Below are positions 15,546-27,049 of a stretch of 53,646 nucleotides of DNA, piece by piece. The stretch is from Bigelowiella natans CCMP2755 (lineage: Eukaryota > Protista > Cercozoa), in the NCBI GenBank assembly GCA_000320545.1, contig ADNK01002860.1:1-53646 (forward strand). The letters are read 5' to 3'. The notes below the pieces were generated by a model, which saw only the letters and a list, made by a program, of their open reading frames with translations, was not told the origin of the DNA and ran no database searches. Each line of letters starts with the position of its first letter. Position 1 is the first letter of the stretch. The position numbers were made by a program, and so were the translations under genes.

Positions 15546-16218
15546 CATTCTTATTACTTGAGCGAGAAAGGAACCAGCAGTTGGAATTGCTAGCATATCT
15601 TCTACAAATAGAACGAATATGACGCACAATAACGTTGTCCATGCCGTCCTTAACGCCCATTCTATACGATCCACCTATTACCATTTAACAAGTTGTATCG
15701 ATCATAAGTTATCATTCATTCACCAAGTAATATTATCATTCCTCACCACGAATTCAGGATCGCGCTACAACACACAAATATGTTTGAGAGTTTGCTTGCT
15801 ATAACTGAACATGTTTGTTGTTTCAGGTGATGGTGGTGGTGATGGTGGTGGTAGTTAGAAGGGAGGAAGGAAGTAAGGAAGGAAGAACCGATTGAAGTGG
15901 GATGTTTAGAATCGAATGGCCGCAGACATTAACATGAACAGGGTCAAATCCGTATGCTCAATAAACAGTAGCAGAGGACCATCAACAATAAATGGAATGA
16001 GTATAAATTAAAAGAAGGAAGAGATTAAGAGATTTGAGTGACTGAGTAAGCAATACGAAATGTCAACAACAATGAATCAATTAGTAGCTTTGATGCCAAT
16101 ATTATTAATTACCATCTCTCCACAAGTAGAGCAAATTTGTGTACTTCGCAAGGTGGCGAGCAGCGGATGTTGAAACGCTCAAATTACTCTCTTCTCCTTC
16201 TGCTTCGTCGCTCATCAT
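1008..16218 (-). CDS. Multi-exon FUSC / aromatic acid exporter (ArAE) / ALMT-like membrane transporter; exact ends and many internal exons uncertain
   Basis: Spliceable minus-strand exons give family-like TM peptides in the expected order: WALRTAWTTLLCVIFVLF (~15570-15670), VISVVGTFNTLGPSLQVVCQACVG (~15183-15254), LNKKLGLALALISILT (~13900-13970), LLLTVIIGATITIFGVSFP (~13510-13590), HYTWEPR (~10995), LHLNVLLYSLRNLVK (~8420-8460), KNALKVAIAMVL (~7660-7700), AFWGPLTVAFVMGRSSATSFKQSLLRMQG|TVSGAIFGY (7175-7270, 6786-6916), YAGVVAAFTSGIIVLG (~6535-6580). Putative last exon RIVKAAVYAHVFHLK...* ends at 1008. Confidence 0.7.
3549..3751 (-). repeat. Tandem duplication (~111 bp spacing) of an acceptor plus exon within the FUSC-type gene
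   Basis: Two diverged copies, each tttaag|GTG CAT...: VHCLYAEPFTDLSIGE and VHRLCANAFTHLSIGE. Confidence 0.8.
6919..7172. repeat. Intron built from two diverged tandem copies (~114 and ~123 bp)
   Basis: atgatgtattccacaacaac...aatacacacta...cagtagatcaaagt at 6919-7032 and 7050-7172. Confidence 0.8.
12650..12873. repeat. Minisatellite, 56-bp unit x4 (intronic)
   Basis: tgaatcatcatcataacatccacacaataataataataactacatcatcactatca starts at 12650, 12706, 12762 and 12818. Confidence 0.95.
13083..13178. repeat. Short tandem duplication (~52-bp spacing, x2)
   Basis: ccatcatccctcaa(c/g)atttggcatatcgtagtactatattatag occurs twice. Confidence 0.85.
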
Positions 16219-17546
16219 CTGCGTCGATGGTCGAATGCGGTCACAATCGATTCCCTGGCTTCTTCTTCTCCCTTTCATCGTTCTCTCCTGCTCCTCCTCC
16301 TCCTCCTCCTCACACAATTTTATGAGTAATTGGTCCTACTAATCCCTTGCTTTTTTTTGGTTATCCTTCCCTTTCTTTCTACTTCGGATCGGCTGTCTGT
16401 TCTGTCCTGTTCCACTCTATCTCCTACCGAAGGATTGAGTAGTATATACAAACCAAACAAGTACAGCACACTAATAATACTGAGGAAAGGAGGAGGAGGA
16501 GGAGGAGAGTGTACAACACTGTCCTGCTCGAATTTATAATTTTTTCTTGTTATTCTGATCCGTTGCACACATAAGGCAATAACTATAATTCACAGCAGGT
16601 GCACATACCATCATCATCTGCAGCAGCAGCAGCAGCAGCAGCGTGCTCTACTTAGCAGTCACGGCAAGGCATAGCATCTTTTTCATCTCATCATCAGTAT
16701 GTATCATCATCAGATTGTGTATGCTTGCTCTATCTTAGTACTGCTATAAAGCAGTATTACTGGCTGGATAAGGGTACTACTGCTTCTTCTGTTACTCTCT
16801 TCCTCTATGTGTTTTTATTACACTGTGAGGAGGAGAAAGAGGAGGAGGACGTCGAGCAGCCGATCTACAAGTAGTGCACTGCGACTCATCCCGACTCGAA
16901 GAAAAAGAAGACCAATAAGGCCGATTTATTAAAGAAAAACAATGATATTATTACATGTATTACCTAAAATACTACAATATATGAAGAGCTTGCAAATAGG
17001 CCGATGCAAGAGAATATGATCTGTACAATTTTAGGCTAAAACGCCAAATTAAAAGAAGATTTTATTTTGTCGCCGGTACTGACGTTTTTCGCGTGGAACC
17101 ACAAATCTCTTAGTTTTCCCGTTTTGATGAAAAAGGCGAATTTTATAGAAATTTTGATCGAAAATCCCCTGTAGCGAGTACATCTTTGATACCGTGGCTT
17201 TTTTAGACATTAGACATTAGGGAGTCGACAATACTACAGTTAATTAATGTTTAGAATTTGTGACCAAAACCTTAAATTTGCAATATTTCTCCTGCATTTT
17301 AGTAATTATTTGCTTTGAATTGACTGTTCGTGAAGCGAATGTAGAGATTAGAGCCGGTCCACCACAGACCGATAGGCTATCGTTTGAAAGAACGGGACGG
17401 GACGAGGGATAGTTACAGATGTACATTGAGCCACAGAAGAGGTAAAGATAGAACAAAGTAGTCAGCTAGTGTAGTTAGGAGGAACGTAGAAATCTAAAAG
17501 AAAGCGTTCATAGAAGCATATTAGTTGTTTGATGCATTCATTGAAC

Positions 17547-18811
17547 ATGGGTAAGCAGCAGTGCAGAGCGTGCTTAGCAAAATCATGATGGGGAAATGAC
17601 AAAGACCATTTTAATCTTTCTTTCCCTCTTCTCCATTTATTATTTCTTCTTTAGATCACAATGCACCAGCGGCAAAGGCAGCATCATCCCTTCTATCCTT
17701 CTGATGTGGGCGGTTGTTGAGTGTCTCCTCCTCATCTCAGTCGCATCTCGCCACGGTTCATTTCTAACCCCCTTTTAACATTTCAGTAAACAGAGTAGGT
17801 GGTTAAGGAAGGGAATCATTTTGTCCTTTCTTTGAGGGGGGGTTAAAGGATTGAGGAGATTCTAACGATTGATCCAAAAGGATAGATTTGCGAATTAGGG
17901 AAGGGAATGGTATATTTATTAAATTCCTTCGAATTTCCTTCTTGTCAAACTGGATCCTGCAATACTATTTTAATACACGATTTTGAAAACAGATATTTTA
18001 GCAAATCCAGTAAGTTCAACATCATCGTCACGGGTCACAACGTCAATGAGTAGTAGCATGCCTCACCGAGCAGCTGCTCCTTTACGTAAACGTGCTTCAA
18101 TGCCTATCCTCTCTCATGGAGGTGTTGCAGCAGCACCAGTGTCAGCAGGAGCCCAAATAAATTTGGACAAATCCCAACGTAGACGCAGATCGGTAATAAT
18201 GAAAATCACGATTATACACATATGATTTCGGTGTTACAATTCTGAATAGATACTCTTAACAAATACATACGCATGTTAAAATCCCATTACTACTTCATCA
18301 TGAAATGCAATGACTGGTGTGTCTTGAGAGTAAATTTGATGCATCATTTCTAAGCAAACTGCTGTTACAACTGTTACTTATCACTTTGTCAGCTTCTTTG
18401 TGCTCACTCCGAGGAACCTTCCAAAAAGGGGCCAGGGACCATAAGCAGAGAGGATGAAGACGATGAGTAATAAATCAAATGATTTTAACGGATAGATGAT
18501 GACACCCACTTGTATTCGTACTCATTTAATACAGTATTCATCGTTATGTCGTTCTATTTGATGAAATCACGACTAATTGATCCTCTTCTCTGCTACTCAT
18601 CTTGCATGACTCAGCTATTGGATGTCAAAGGATGAACGTGATGGCAAATCGCCTTTGGAAGACCCTCTGGCGTGGTTAGGATAGATAATGCAAAATAGTA
18701 GTAGTAGTAGTAGTAGTAGTAGTAGCAGTAGTAGAAAGGGGGAGGAAAAGGTGGAAATCCGACTGCATAAAATATTTTCCCAACGAACACTAAATAACTT
18801 ACCCCCCCCCC

Positions 18812-18847
<36 letters not shown>

Positions 18848-18989
18848 CATGTTGCGTACACATGCGTTTGTCTTAATATTTTCCTCATATCATCATTGTT
18901 GTTGTTTCAGGTCTGCTATCGCAGGGTTGGTCGTCCCGTTCACAATCTTGGGAATTGCTATTGCTACTGGATATGTTCCCATTGGCTGA
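17547..18989 (+). CDS. Small plastid-targeted single-TM protein (bipartite leader); start uncertain
   Basis: Phase-consistent exons: signal-like SIIPSILLMWAVVECLLLISVASRH (~17656-17755), Ser/Arg-rich transit-like exon (~17993-18192), LLCAHSEEPSKKGPGTISREDEDD (~18393-18466), YWMSKDERDGKSPLEDPLAW (~18615-18674), SAIAGLVVPFTILGIAIATGYVPIG* (18912-18989). Confidence 0.75.
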
Positions 18990-19359
18990 TTTACTAAAGT
19001 AGAACAAGAAGAAGAAGACAGTATACTAACAAATAGCGGTCGATCAACATCCTGCAAGGAGTGACCACGCCATCTGCGCATCGTATCGCTGAAGCTGTAT
19101 AGAAATTGAATTGGGCCTAGCGACATGAAAAAACTCATCCTGTCACGGCTAAATGTGTCATCTGACACATTAGTATACCTCATGCAAAAGTAGGATGCGT
19201 GTGTGTAAATATTTCACATCTAGATGTGAACATAAACGGAACAATGTAGTAGTAATCATAGATACAAATATGTTGCTTACGTTTGCTAGTCATTATTTTC
19301 ACTCTTCCGGTGCCAACTTCTGGTGCCAATTGCAGGACAGACGCTACACACTGTCACAA

Positions 19360-19650
19360 CATTCATCTATGCATGCCATGAATGCAAGCTGTTGCGCTTA
19401 CGCGCGCTATAGTACGATGCATGCTGCACTCCTCTAGCAGCTCTGAAAATGCTCGATCCAAGCTAGCAAGACACTTCATGCAATGCAGCACTAGCTAGCT
19501 AGCTACCTAGACCACATAGCATAGCAATGTAATAGTCAACATGAACATGCCTACGTGAGCGGATGAAGCCACACAGCTATCAATCCGTAGCCAAGCATGC
19601 ATGCATAACTTCAATCAAACACATTTGTCGTCTAAGGAGCTCGAGCTGTA
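19360..19650. other. Short TG/CA/CTAG-enriched tract between convergent gene ends
   Basis: Dense catgc/gctagc/ctagctagctag motifs; partial TpA depletion, assessed by eye. Confidence 0.55.
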
Positions 19651-19730
19651 GGCGTGAAATGATGTCGCAAAGCCAAGGTACAGATCTATGAACGAGAGGA
19701 AGTTTCATAGAGTGTTAACCTTCGCCCTTA

Positions 19731-20417
19731 TCACGTCAAATGTGTGATGTTGAGACCCTTATAGCTACGCCATCTCAAGATTCGACAGATATCCTCGGCC
19801 TGCAACTTTCTGGTTTCCTCCAGTTCTCCAACAAGCACCAAGAAGGCTACATTCATCTTGTCCATCTTGTTGGCATTGTTATTCTGCTGAAGGAGGTAGT
19901 AGTTTAAGGCCACAATGTCTTATCATAAACCCCTACTATCACTTTAATTGCTCTCTAGAACAAATTGAAGCGATTTTTGGGTGAACGAAAGAGAGAAACG
20001 GAGGGATTACAAATTGATTTGATAGCCACCTACCTATAAATATTCGGAATAGGATAGACTCTGCATCGATGACGAGGAGGGCAACATAGTGCTCCCTCCT
20101 TTTCCTTTTTTGGTCGTAATCTAGGGGGGAGGAACCCGAGGAGGATCTCAGCCTCATCATTACTACGCATCTTATATGTACAATATCCCCTAGAGGCCGT
20201 TTCAGAATTATTCTGTGAGCAGCAGAGCGATGTTATTCACAAGCCAAAAACTTGGCGGCGAAGGCTGTAAGGCTATCACATTAGGTTGTCTTACTTTGTC
20301 AGTGTGTGGCAAGAGAACCAATTCAGGAACGCTACTGCTGCTTCTTCTTCTACTGCTACAACTTCTACTATCTGCTCACTGTGCCGGAAAGCATTGACCA
20401 TCAGCAATCTTCTTCAT
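19731..20417 (-). CDS. Hypothetical protein (tentative multi-exon model)
   Basis: Possible exons MKKIADGQCFPA|HVPELVLLPHTDK ... EHYVALLVIDAESILFRIFI|DIVALNYYLLQQ...HLT* with GT-AG sites. Middle junctions unresolved; no recognisable domain. Confidence 0.3.
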
Positions 20418-20873
20418 CCTTCCCCTAATAATCGGCTTCTTCCTTCCTCTTCCTCCTCCTCCTCCTCTTCCTAGCCCAAGGAAGAATGAACAATTCCGTT
20501 TGGAATAGGATTTAAATCGCACACAACAATCCCAGTTCTACATCAAATAGAAGGCTACAACCCACTTGCGACATCATTCAACAACCTGTCACTGCTTCAT
20601 AAAAAGATCACGATATTTTCTAAGTCTCAAATTTACAGCGACTTGATGAAAGTCATGTCGCAAGTTACAAAAGCACTATATTACTTGTATTTTGGCGTCG
20701 TACTGAGCGCAAACTAGAAGTACCCCACTCGTCATAGAACTCAATCCACCACTCGCTCTTTTGACACGGGGCCCACAACACTTGATCTTCTTTCCACTGG
20801 CGCTTGTTTCCAGTGTTTGTTCACGTTACATTTCTTGAATTTTATCAACCCGGTGTGGTGAACCATAATAAGC

Positions 20874-23193
20874 ATGAGAGCCCCGTCGTCATCATCTCCG
20901 CTGTATGTTATTGTCGGTATCAGCAGCAGCCTATCGCTGTGTCTGTTGCTGCTTCAGCAATTTAACAACCCAGCTGTAATGCCACCTCTCTCGAGATCCA
21001 TTGGGACCATAGGCTCCAAACCACAAATCTGCCCAAATCGAATCATTTCCAGTAGCATGCCGAGAACTTTTTCGCATCATCTCTCGTCATCATCATCATC
21101 ATCATCCCTGCTGCCCAGAATTCGAGCTGGAGCCAAGGCTAGCACTATAGCTGCAGCTTCCGGGTACAATATTCGTGGAAATGGAAGAAATAAAGAATCT
21201 TTGATGCATCATCGACTTGCTGGGGGTGGATCAAATCCAACTGCAAAATTCACAGTATCTGGTGGCGTGGAAGGAACGTTTACCGCGGAGCTCTACTTGG
21301 ACCAGTAAATAATGCCTAACTATCACGCGATGCTCACACTCTTTTAAGAATCTTAGATTCAGATATATTTCGTTGTATATGAACACGTTCACTTAGGATG
21401 CCAATAACTGCATCCAATTTCATTGATCTCGCAAAGGTGGGTCGTGATATATTATTGTGACAATTTGTTAAATCGCACATAACACGTATGATGCCCATCA
21501 TAAAATATTAGCTATCACTACTGCTTTCGGAACAATTTTCGTTTTTGTAGAACTAGTAGCATGTGAGTTGGCCAAGACCTTTTCAAATGCATAGTGCACC
21601 ACCTCCACACTAACCACGAACACATACACACGCACGCACGGGCGCGTTACCATCGATACTTTACATCAGTCTGGATTTTACGATGGAATTCACTTTCATC
21701 GCGTTATTGAAAACTTTATGCTGCAATTTGGATGCCCATATGCAAAGGTGATTCAAGCAGATTTATGGTTTTAGTATAATACTAGGTGTGGTGGGTGTGG
21801 TAGCAATGCTAGAAGAGTGTTCATAGTGACTCTAAAGAGAAATGTAAATTTTAACTTGCATGTGCAAGAAAGATTGTATCCTCTCCATATCCTCTCCTCT
21901 ATTTTGGTTACCGTATTCCTTTTCTTATACATCAGTGGTACTCAATGTTTCTTTTCGGTGTATCATCATTATTATACATACACGATGTATGTGTACAACT
22001 ACACTTACAACAGGATCCGAATTCTCCCCGAGCTGGAACTGGTGGCCCTTCAGCGGGAACGAAGTTCCAGCTTCTTGTAGAAGGGGATGAAGGAGGTGCT
22101 TGATATTCGCTCTTTTCAACTACTTAAAAAGAGGAATGAAGATGAAAGAAAATTATGAAGAAGTAGGGAGATACGATGAATCGACGTCTGTATTTGTTGA
22201 CATTGATCAGGCACTAACATAGCAAGAAACAGTGGTGGATGTATTCCTGATGAATTTACAGCAAAGGTAATAGGAGAGAGAGTTTAGCAGCAGGACTAGC
22301 AATAGAGTGGAATGATAGTGCTGCTGCGATAAAACACTACACTACGTTATTCAGCTTTCAAATGAACCCGGAACTCTCTCAATGGCAAATACAGGTGGGT
22401 GTTAGTTGCTGCTGCTGCGGTGTAGGTTATTATTTTTCTATTAATTGTATCATTTCGACCTTATTTGTAGCTAGCTACCTTTTCAGCGTATTCACCTAAG
22501 AATATTACTGTTGATTTTTTCTACCTACCTTTACTCATCATATCCCAAAAGGAAACCCAAACTCTGGGGGCAGCCAATTTTTTATTAACACGGTAGTAAT
22601 TAACTCGTCTAGTCGATGCTATGCGTTTGGAAAGTAGATTTGTATATTTGTTCCCAATGAAACGCACCGGCTACAACTATTATTCCAAAATATTCAAGAT
22701 ACACTTTAATGGTCGACTCTCATGATCGACTTTAAGATATATCTCTTTCTCTCTTAGGTGCACAACACCTATCTAGATTGGTTTGACAATCAGACTCCAT
22801 CTCGCCATCCTGTCTTTGGAAAGGTACTTTTACTTCTGGTAGCAGGAGTGAACGAATGGTGGTTTTTATTGTTTTGGTTATGCGTGCGTTTGCTACTATG
22901 TACAAATATCATTCATTTTTAGGACTTCGTACGCGTCTGTGTTAATTCACTGTTTTCTTCTTTCGTCTCTCTTCCCATGTTGTAAATAGATTGTTAGTGG
23001 AATGGACGTGATCACAGAAATTGAGAAGGTAAGTTTAATCATATAAATTCTCATTTTTGTTAAAGTTTGAGGGAAAATATAACACATTTTGATGTTGAAA
23101 TTGGTTGCGAATGGTATCTGTTAGACCCAAACGAACGGAAGGGACGCCCCTCTCGCCCCAATAAAAATGGAGAAAGTGGAAATCATTGCTTAG
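20874..23193 (+). CDS. Cyclophilin-type peptidyl-prolyl cis-trans isomerase with bipartite plastid-targeting leader (10 exons)
   Basis: Exons 20874-21304, 21397-21436, 21670-21747, 22014-22095, 22211-22266, 22355-22394, 22552-22592, 22758-22823, 22990-23028, 23125-23193 splice in frame to [40 protein letters not shown]...[29 protein letters not shown]...[14 protein letters not shown]...*. Confidence 0.95.
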
Positions 23194-23199
23194 TTGATT

Positions 23200-24710
23200 C
23201 ACACAGAACAACAAACATTTACCGACGTACATGATATTCACATGTACGTGAAAAGATGCACTGTGGCAATTTTGCCAGCAGAGCACACAAAAGTCTTTGT
23301 TGATGTCGCAAGTGAAAGATCATCTCACAGCATTTGTTGCTCAATGTTGACATGCATGCATGTGCTAGTGTGGTGCACGCCAAACAACCAGACAGATGCG
23401 GAGGCGCGCCCGTGTTGAGCAGCGCGCACCACACAGCAGACCAGGAGATTGCGCGCTGCTGTGACACAATCTCGCAATGCCACACATGCCTCAGGACGCA
23501 TGCACATGGTACATGCGGCATCACATCGGTAGCTACACATCGAGGCCAAACCCGGTCACAAATGGGTTTCGCATGATTGCAGAGCGCTTCAAGGGCATTT
23601 GTTGCGTGCACTCTATCCGCAACCGTCAAATGACACTTTCTGAGTCGGCGGAATCAAGGAATGTCGAAAAAATGAAAAAATTCAAAATCTCAGCTCAAAA
23701 ACCTCGATTTTTTGAGCCCTCACAACGGTCATTGCGGAGAAAATTCTCACGTTTTTGGTCACAGATGCAGCCGACGCGCGTGTGCGCAATGCGAGCAAGC
23801 TTGTGAGGACATGTCCGTTTGCAATGGACGCAGCCCCACAGACAGCCGGAAGCGCGATGCTTGAATGTGAAAATTGATCGAGATGTGATGCGTTGAAGTT
23901 TTGAAATTGGGGCATTGCTGCCACATGCATGCACAGCCACAGGACACACATGACGTCGTGTCATGAGTGCAGAGGGGTTTTGACGCATTGGAGACACTGC
24001 TAGACTGCGCAGCTCTGGAGCTGGCTGGTTTTCGGTCAAAGAGATTGGTCGTGTGCAAACGCGCGCGCAGAACTTTGATTCAAAACGCCGAGGCGTGGCG
24101 CGCACAAGCTAGCGCTAGAAGCGGCGCGTGGTGCGGGGCAGCGCGGGAAAGGGGATCGAGCAAACTGGCAAAAGTCGCACCTCGGGGGGCGAAAAAAAAT
24201 GCGAATGAAAAAAAGTTCAACTGTGCCAAAAGTTTCCAAAGGACCCCTGCTTGACATCTGAATCGAGATTGCGCGAAAAAAATGCGTCAATTTTTTTTTC
24301 AATTTTCGTGAAGTTGTGACCGGTTTGGCCTGGATGTGGAGTAGCTGGCCACCGGTCTTTTGAGGCAATGCATGCTTGCATGCAACGAGAACAATGAAAA
24401 ATGAGAACAATGATGAAAATTTTCATTTCCGCAATTGCCTTTCCGCCAAAGTGTGCAAGGCAAGCAAGACATTTGCAGTGCATGAAATGCAGTGCCTCGA
24501 ACTGGCATGCACTTTGCGTGCATGCAAAGTTCAACTACACCTACAGCACATCCGTTGTCGTCATTTGAAAGACAATGAACAATGAACAATGAACAAAGCG
24601 TTGATCAAATCTACATGCGCCAGAACCACATGGGAGACAGGCGTTTGCATGCAGCAGAACCTCAACAACACTCGTTGCAAGGACTCGGATGTGTTGTGGT
24701 CATCAGATCG
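23200..24710. other. TpA-depleted intergenic tract downstream of cyclophilin
   Basis: About 12 TpA in 23281-24710, none in 23641-24000; 11 of 12 survivors are in CTA/TAG context. Confidence 0.85.
23536..24338. mobile_element. Non-autonomous DNA transposon relic (~800 bp) with imperfect ~25-bp TIRs
   Basis: Left cacatcgaggccaaacccggtcacaa (23536-23561) vs right ttgtgaccggtttggcctggatgtg (24314-24338): 1 mismatch, 1 indel. Flanks GTAGCTA / GTAGCTG. No transposase ORF. Confidence 0.7.
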
Positions 24711-25019
24711 TTACGGATTCTGTTGGCATCCCAAATAAGATCTATAGGACATTCTATGCTTGCGACAAAGGCTCTTCATTGTCGTCCTTACTCATATGTC
24801 CTTGTAATAAATATTATGTCGTTTGTATGAAAGGAACGATCATCATCTATCTCATCGTAGATCTAGATCTGTTTAATATTTGTCATCATCATCATCACCA
24901 CCACGTAAGGGAGGAGGAAGAGGAAAAGAGAGAAGGTCTATGTAAACTAAGGAGGAGGAAACTAAAGGATATAATTTTGCCTGGTGATGTACCGAACGCT
25001 TGGGGAAATGTCCCCAGAC

Positions 25020-26563
25020 ATGAAAATGAGCAAAATTGCTGATGGAAAGAGGAATCATAGATCGCTGCATGAGCAGGAATCTAATCCAATAGTGGAAGAA
25101 GCAGCGGGGTTGATGAGTGTTTCGGACACGGCAAAAGAGATACAGGCACTTAAGAGTCAAGTTGCGGCTTTGCAGGTTGTTCATTACAGCTCCCTCCGCA
25201 TTATTAACAAGAGAATAATGACCTGGTCATCTTCATTCTTAAATCAGGCCCTCGTTAGTAGTGAGCCCCCACCTCGTGTAATAATGTCGTCCAGGCCACA
25301 GGCCATTTCTCTCAGGGATCCACATAAGGCGAGAAATCATTTTGAAGTGGAGAGAGTATCTGGTGAGACTTTTTGTTTTGACGAGTTCTGTGGTGATAGC
25401 TACTTTGCAATGAAAATTAATATTTACGTAGATATTTAGCAGAATTTATTCTGATAGAAATGTCATATCAAGGTCTATCAAGCTGGAGAAACCGATTTTA
25501 CAAACTGGCAAGTAAATTCATTGTTATTGATGCAATCCTGGAACTAGTAGTCCTAATTGCTGTCCTCCTTGCGGCGGCTACCGCTGTGATACTATTCGGT
25601 ATTATACATGGCCAAAGGATTGGCACAGAAGCTACCACTTTGGGTGTGAGCGTCATTTCAGAAGGCGAATTGCTTAAAGTGTTTAACATCTATTTGATCC
25701 TTAAAAATCGTACTCCGAATGGTTTCAAGTGCCCTGAGATAAACGTAGCAGCATGGATTAGATCAGATGACGTTTCGAGATTTCAGTATGTAAGACCAAT
25801 AGAGTACTCATTGTATTCGGCACGAGGTTATGTTTATCGTGAATACATTTTGGACCCTTTCGCCACAGGTTTATTGCCTAAAACTTTGAAATCCTCTGCG
25901 AAGGCAAGTCAGATGTTGTTTACACTTTCTACGCCTATATATAACAACGATACTCAATTTGTCGAAGGATCTAACTACACGCTTGATGATTCTTACAGAT
26001 TTATACATGATTTTACTAACGATTCGATATCCGCTTCGTATCAGTGTTATGAGATATCTTACGTTATCGATTCTCCTAGTCCAAATCTTAAAGTAGATGT
26101 TAGCCGAACTCGTCAATTCTTGGCCACAAACGCTCAATTCTCACTCATACCGCAGACCAGTATCACCGAATCAGGAAAAACAGAGTACAAGCATTTATTG
26201 AATTTTGAGGGATCATTTGCGGGGCCGTTGTACCAAGTCGTTTGCACCCTGGCAGTTAGTGCAGGGCTTCCATATTGCGATCATTACCGGCAATTGCAAA
26301 AACGTGGATATCCTAATGCCTACAATCGAAACTTAGTGACGATTCGGTTAGATTATGACAAAATGGAGACCAATATTCCAACATACAGGACGATAGAGAC
26401 GTACACCGTACTAGATTTTTTTACTAATATGGTCACAGCAATGGTTGCTGCAAACGCAGCTTTCAGGATTTTTTTCACTTCCTCTCTAAATCTTCCTCTG
26501 CATTTCAAATTTGGCAGCCGATCGCGTAGACTCAGAGCAAGTACCATGTTTATATCAACATAA
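25020..26563 (+). CDS. Uncharacterised membrane protein: N-terminal coiled coil, two TM helices flanking a ~270-aa loop
   Basis: Exons 25020-25175, 25248-25362, 25458-26563 are in frame. TM1 FIVIDAILELVVLIAVLLAAATAVILFGII; TM2 YTVLDFFTNMVTAMVAANAAFRIFF; several N-x-S/T sequons in the loop. Confidence 0.8.
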
Positions 26564-26791
26564 GACTGTCTTTCTTTTCTTTTAGCGATCACTGCCAATG
26601 CTCTGCTGGTTAACATACACATCTCAACGAAACTGGCATACGCAACATGTTTTTTTTAATGTTTGATAACGTACAGCTGTGCTATAGTGCACTCACGTTT
26701 TCGTTCAAACTAAAGTGTGGAACGTGCTGCGCTAGCGCGCTTGCAAAGTTGCGCTATGTCACGAACGAAACAAATCACGCCGCCACTATGG

Positions 26792-26951
<160 letters not shown>

Positions 26952-27049
26952 CACACGTGACAAAGTAAACAAACAGATACAACCTAAGCGCTGTAGCCGC
27001 TGCATTTCATAGCTACATCATAGGATGACAATTGAAAAAAATTAAACAT

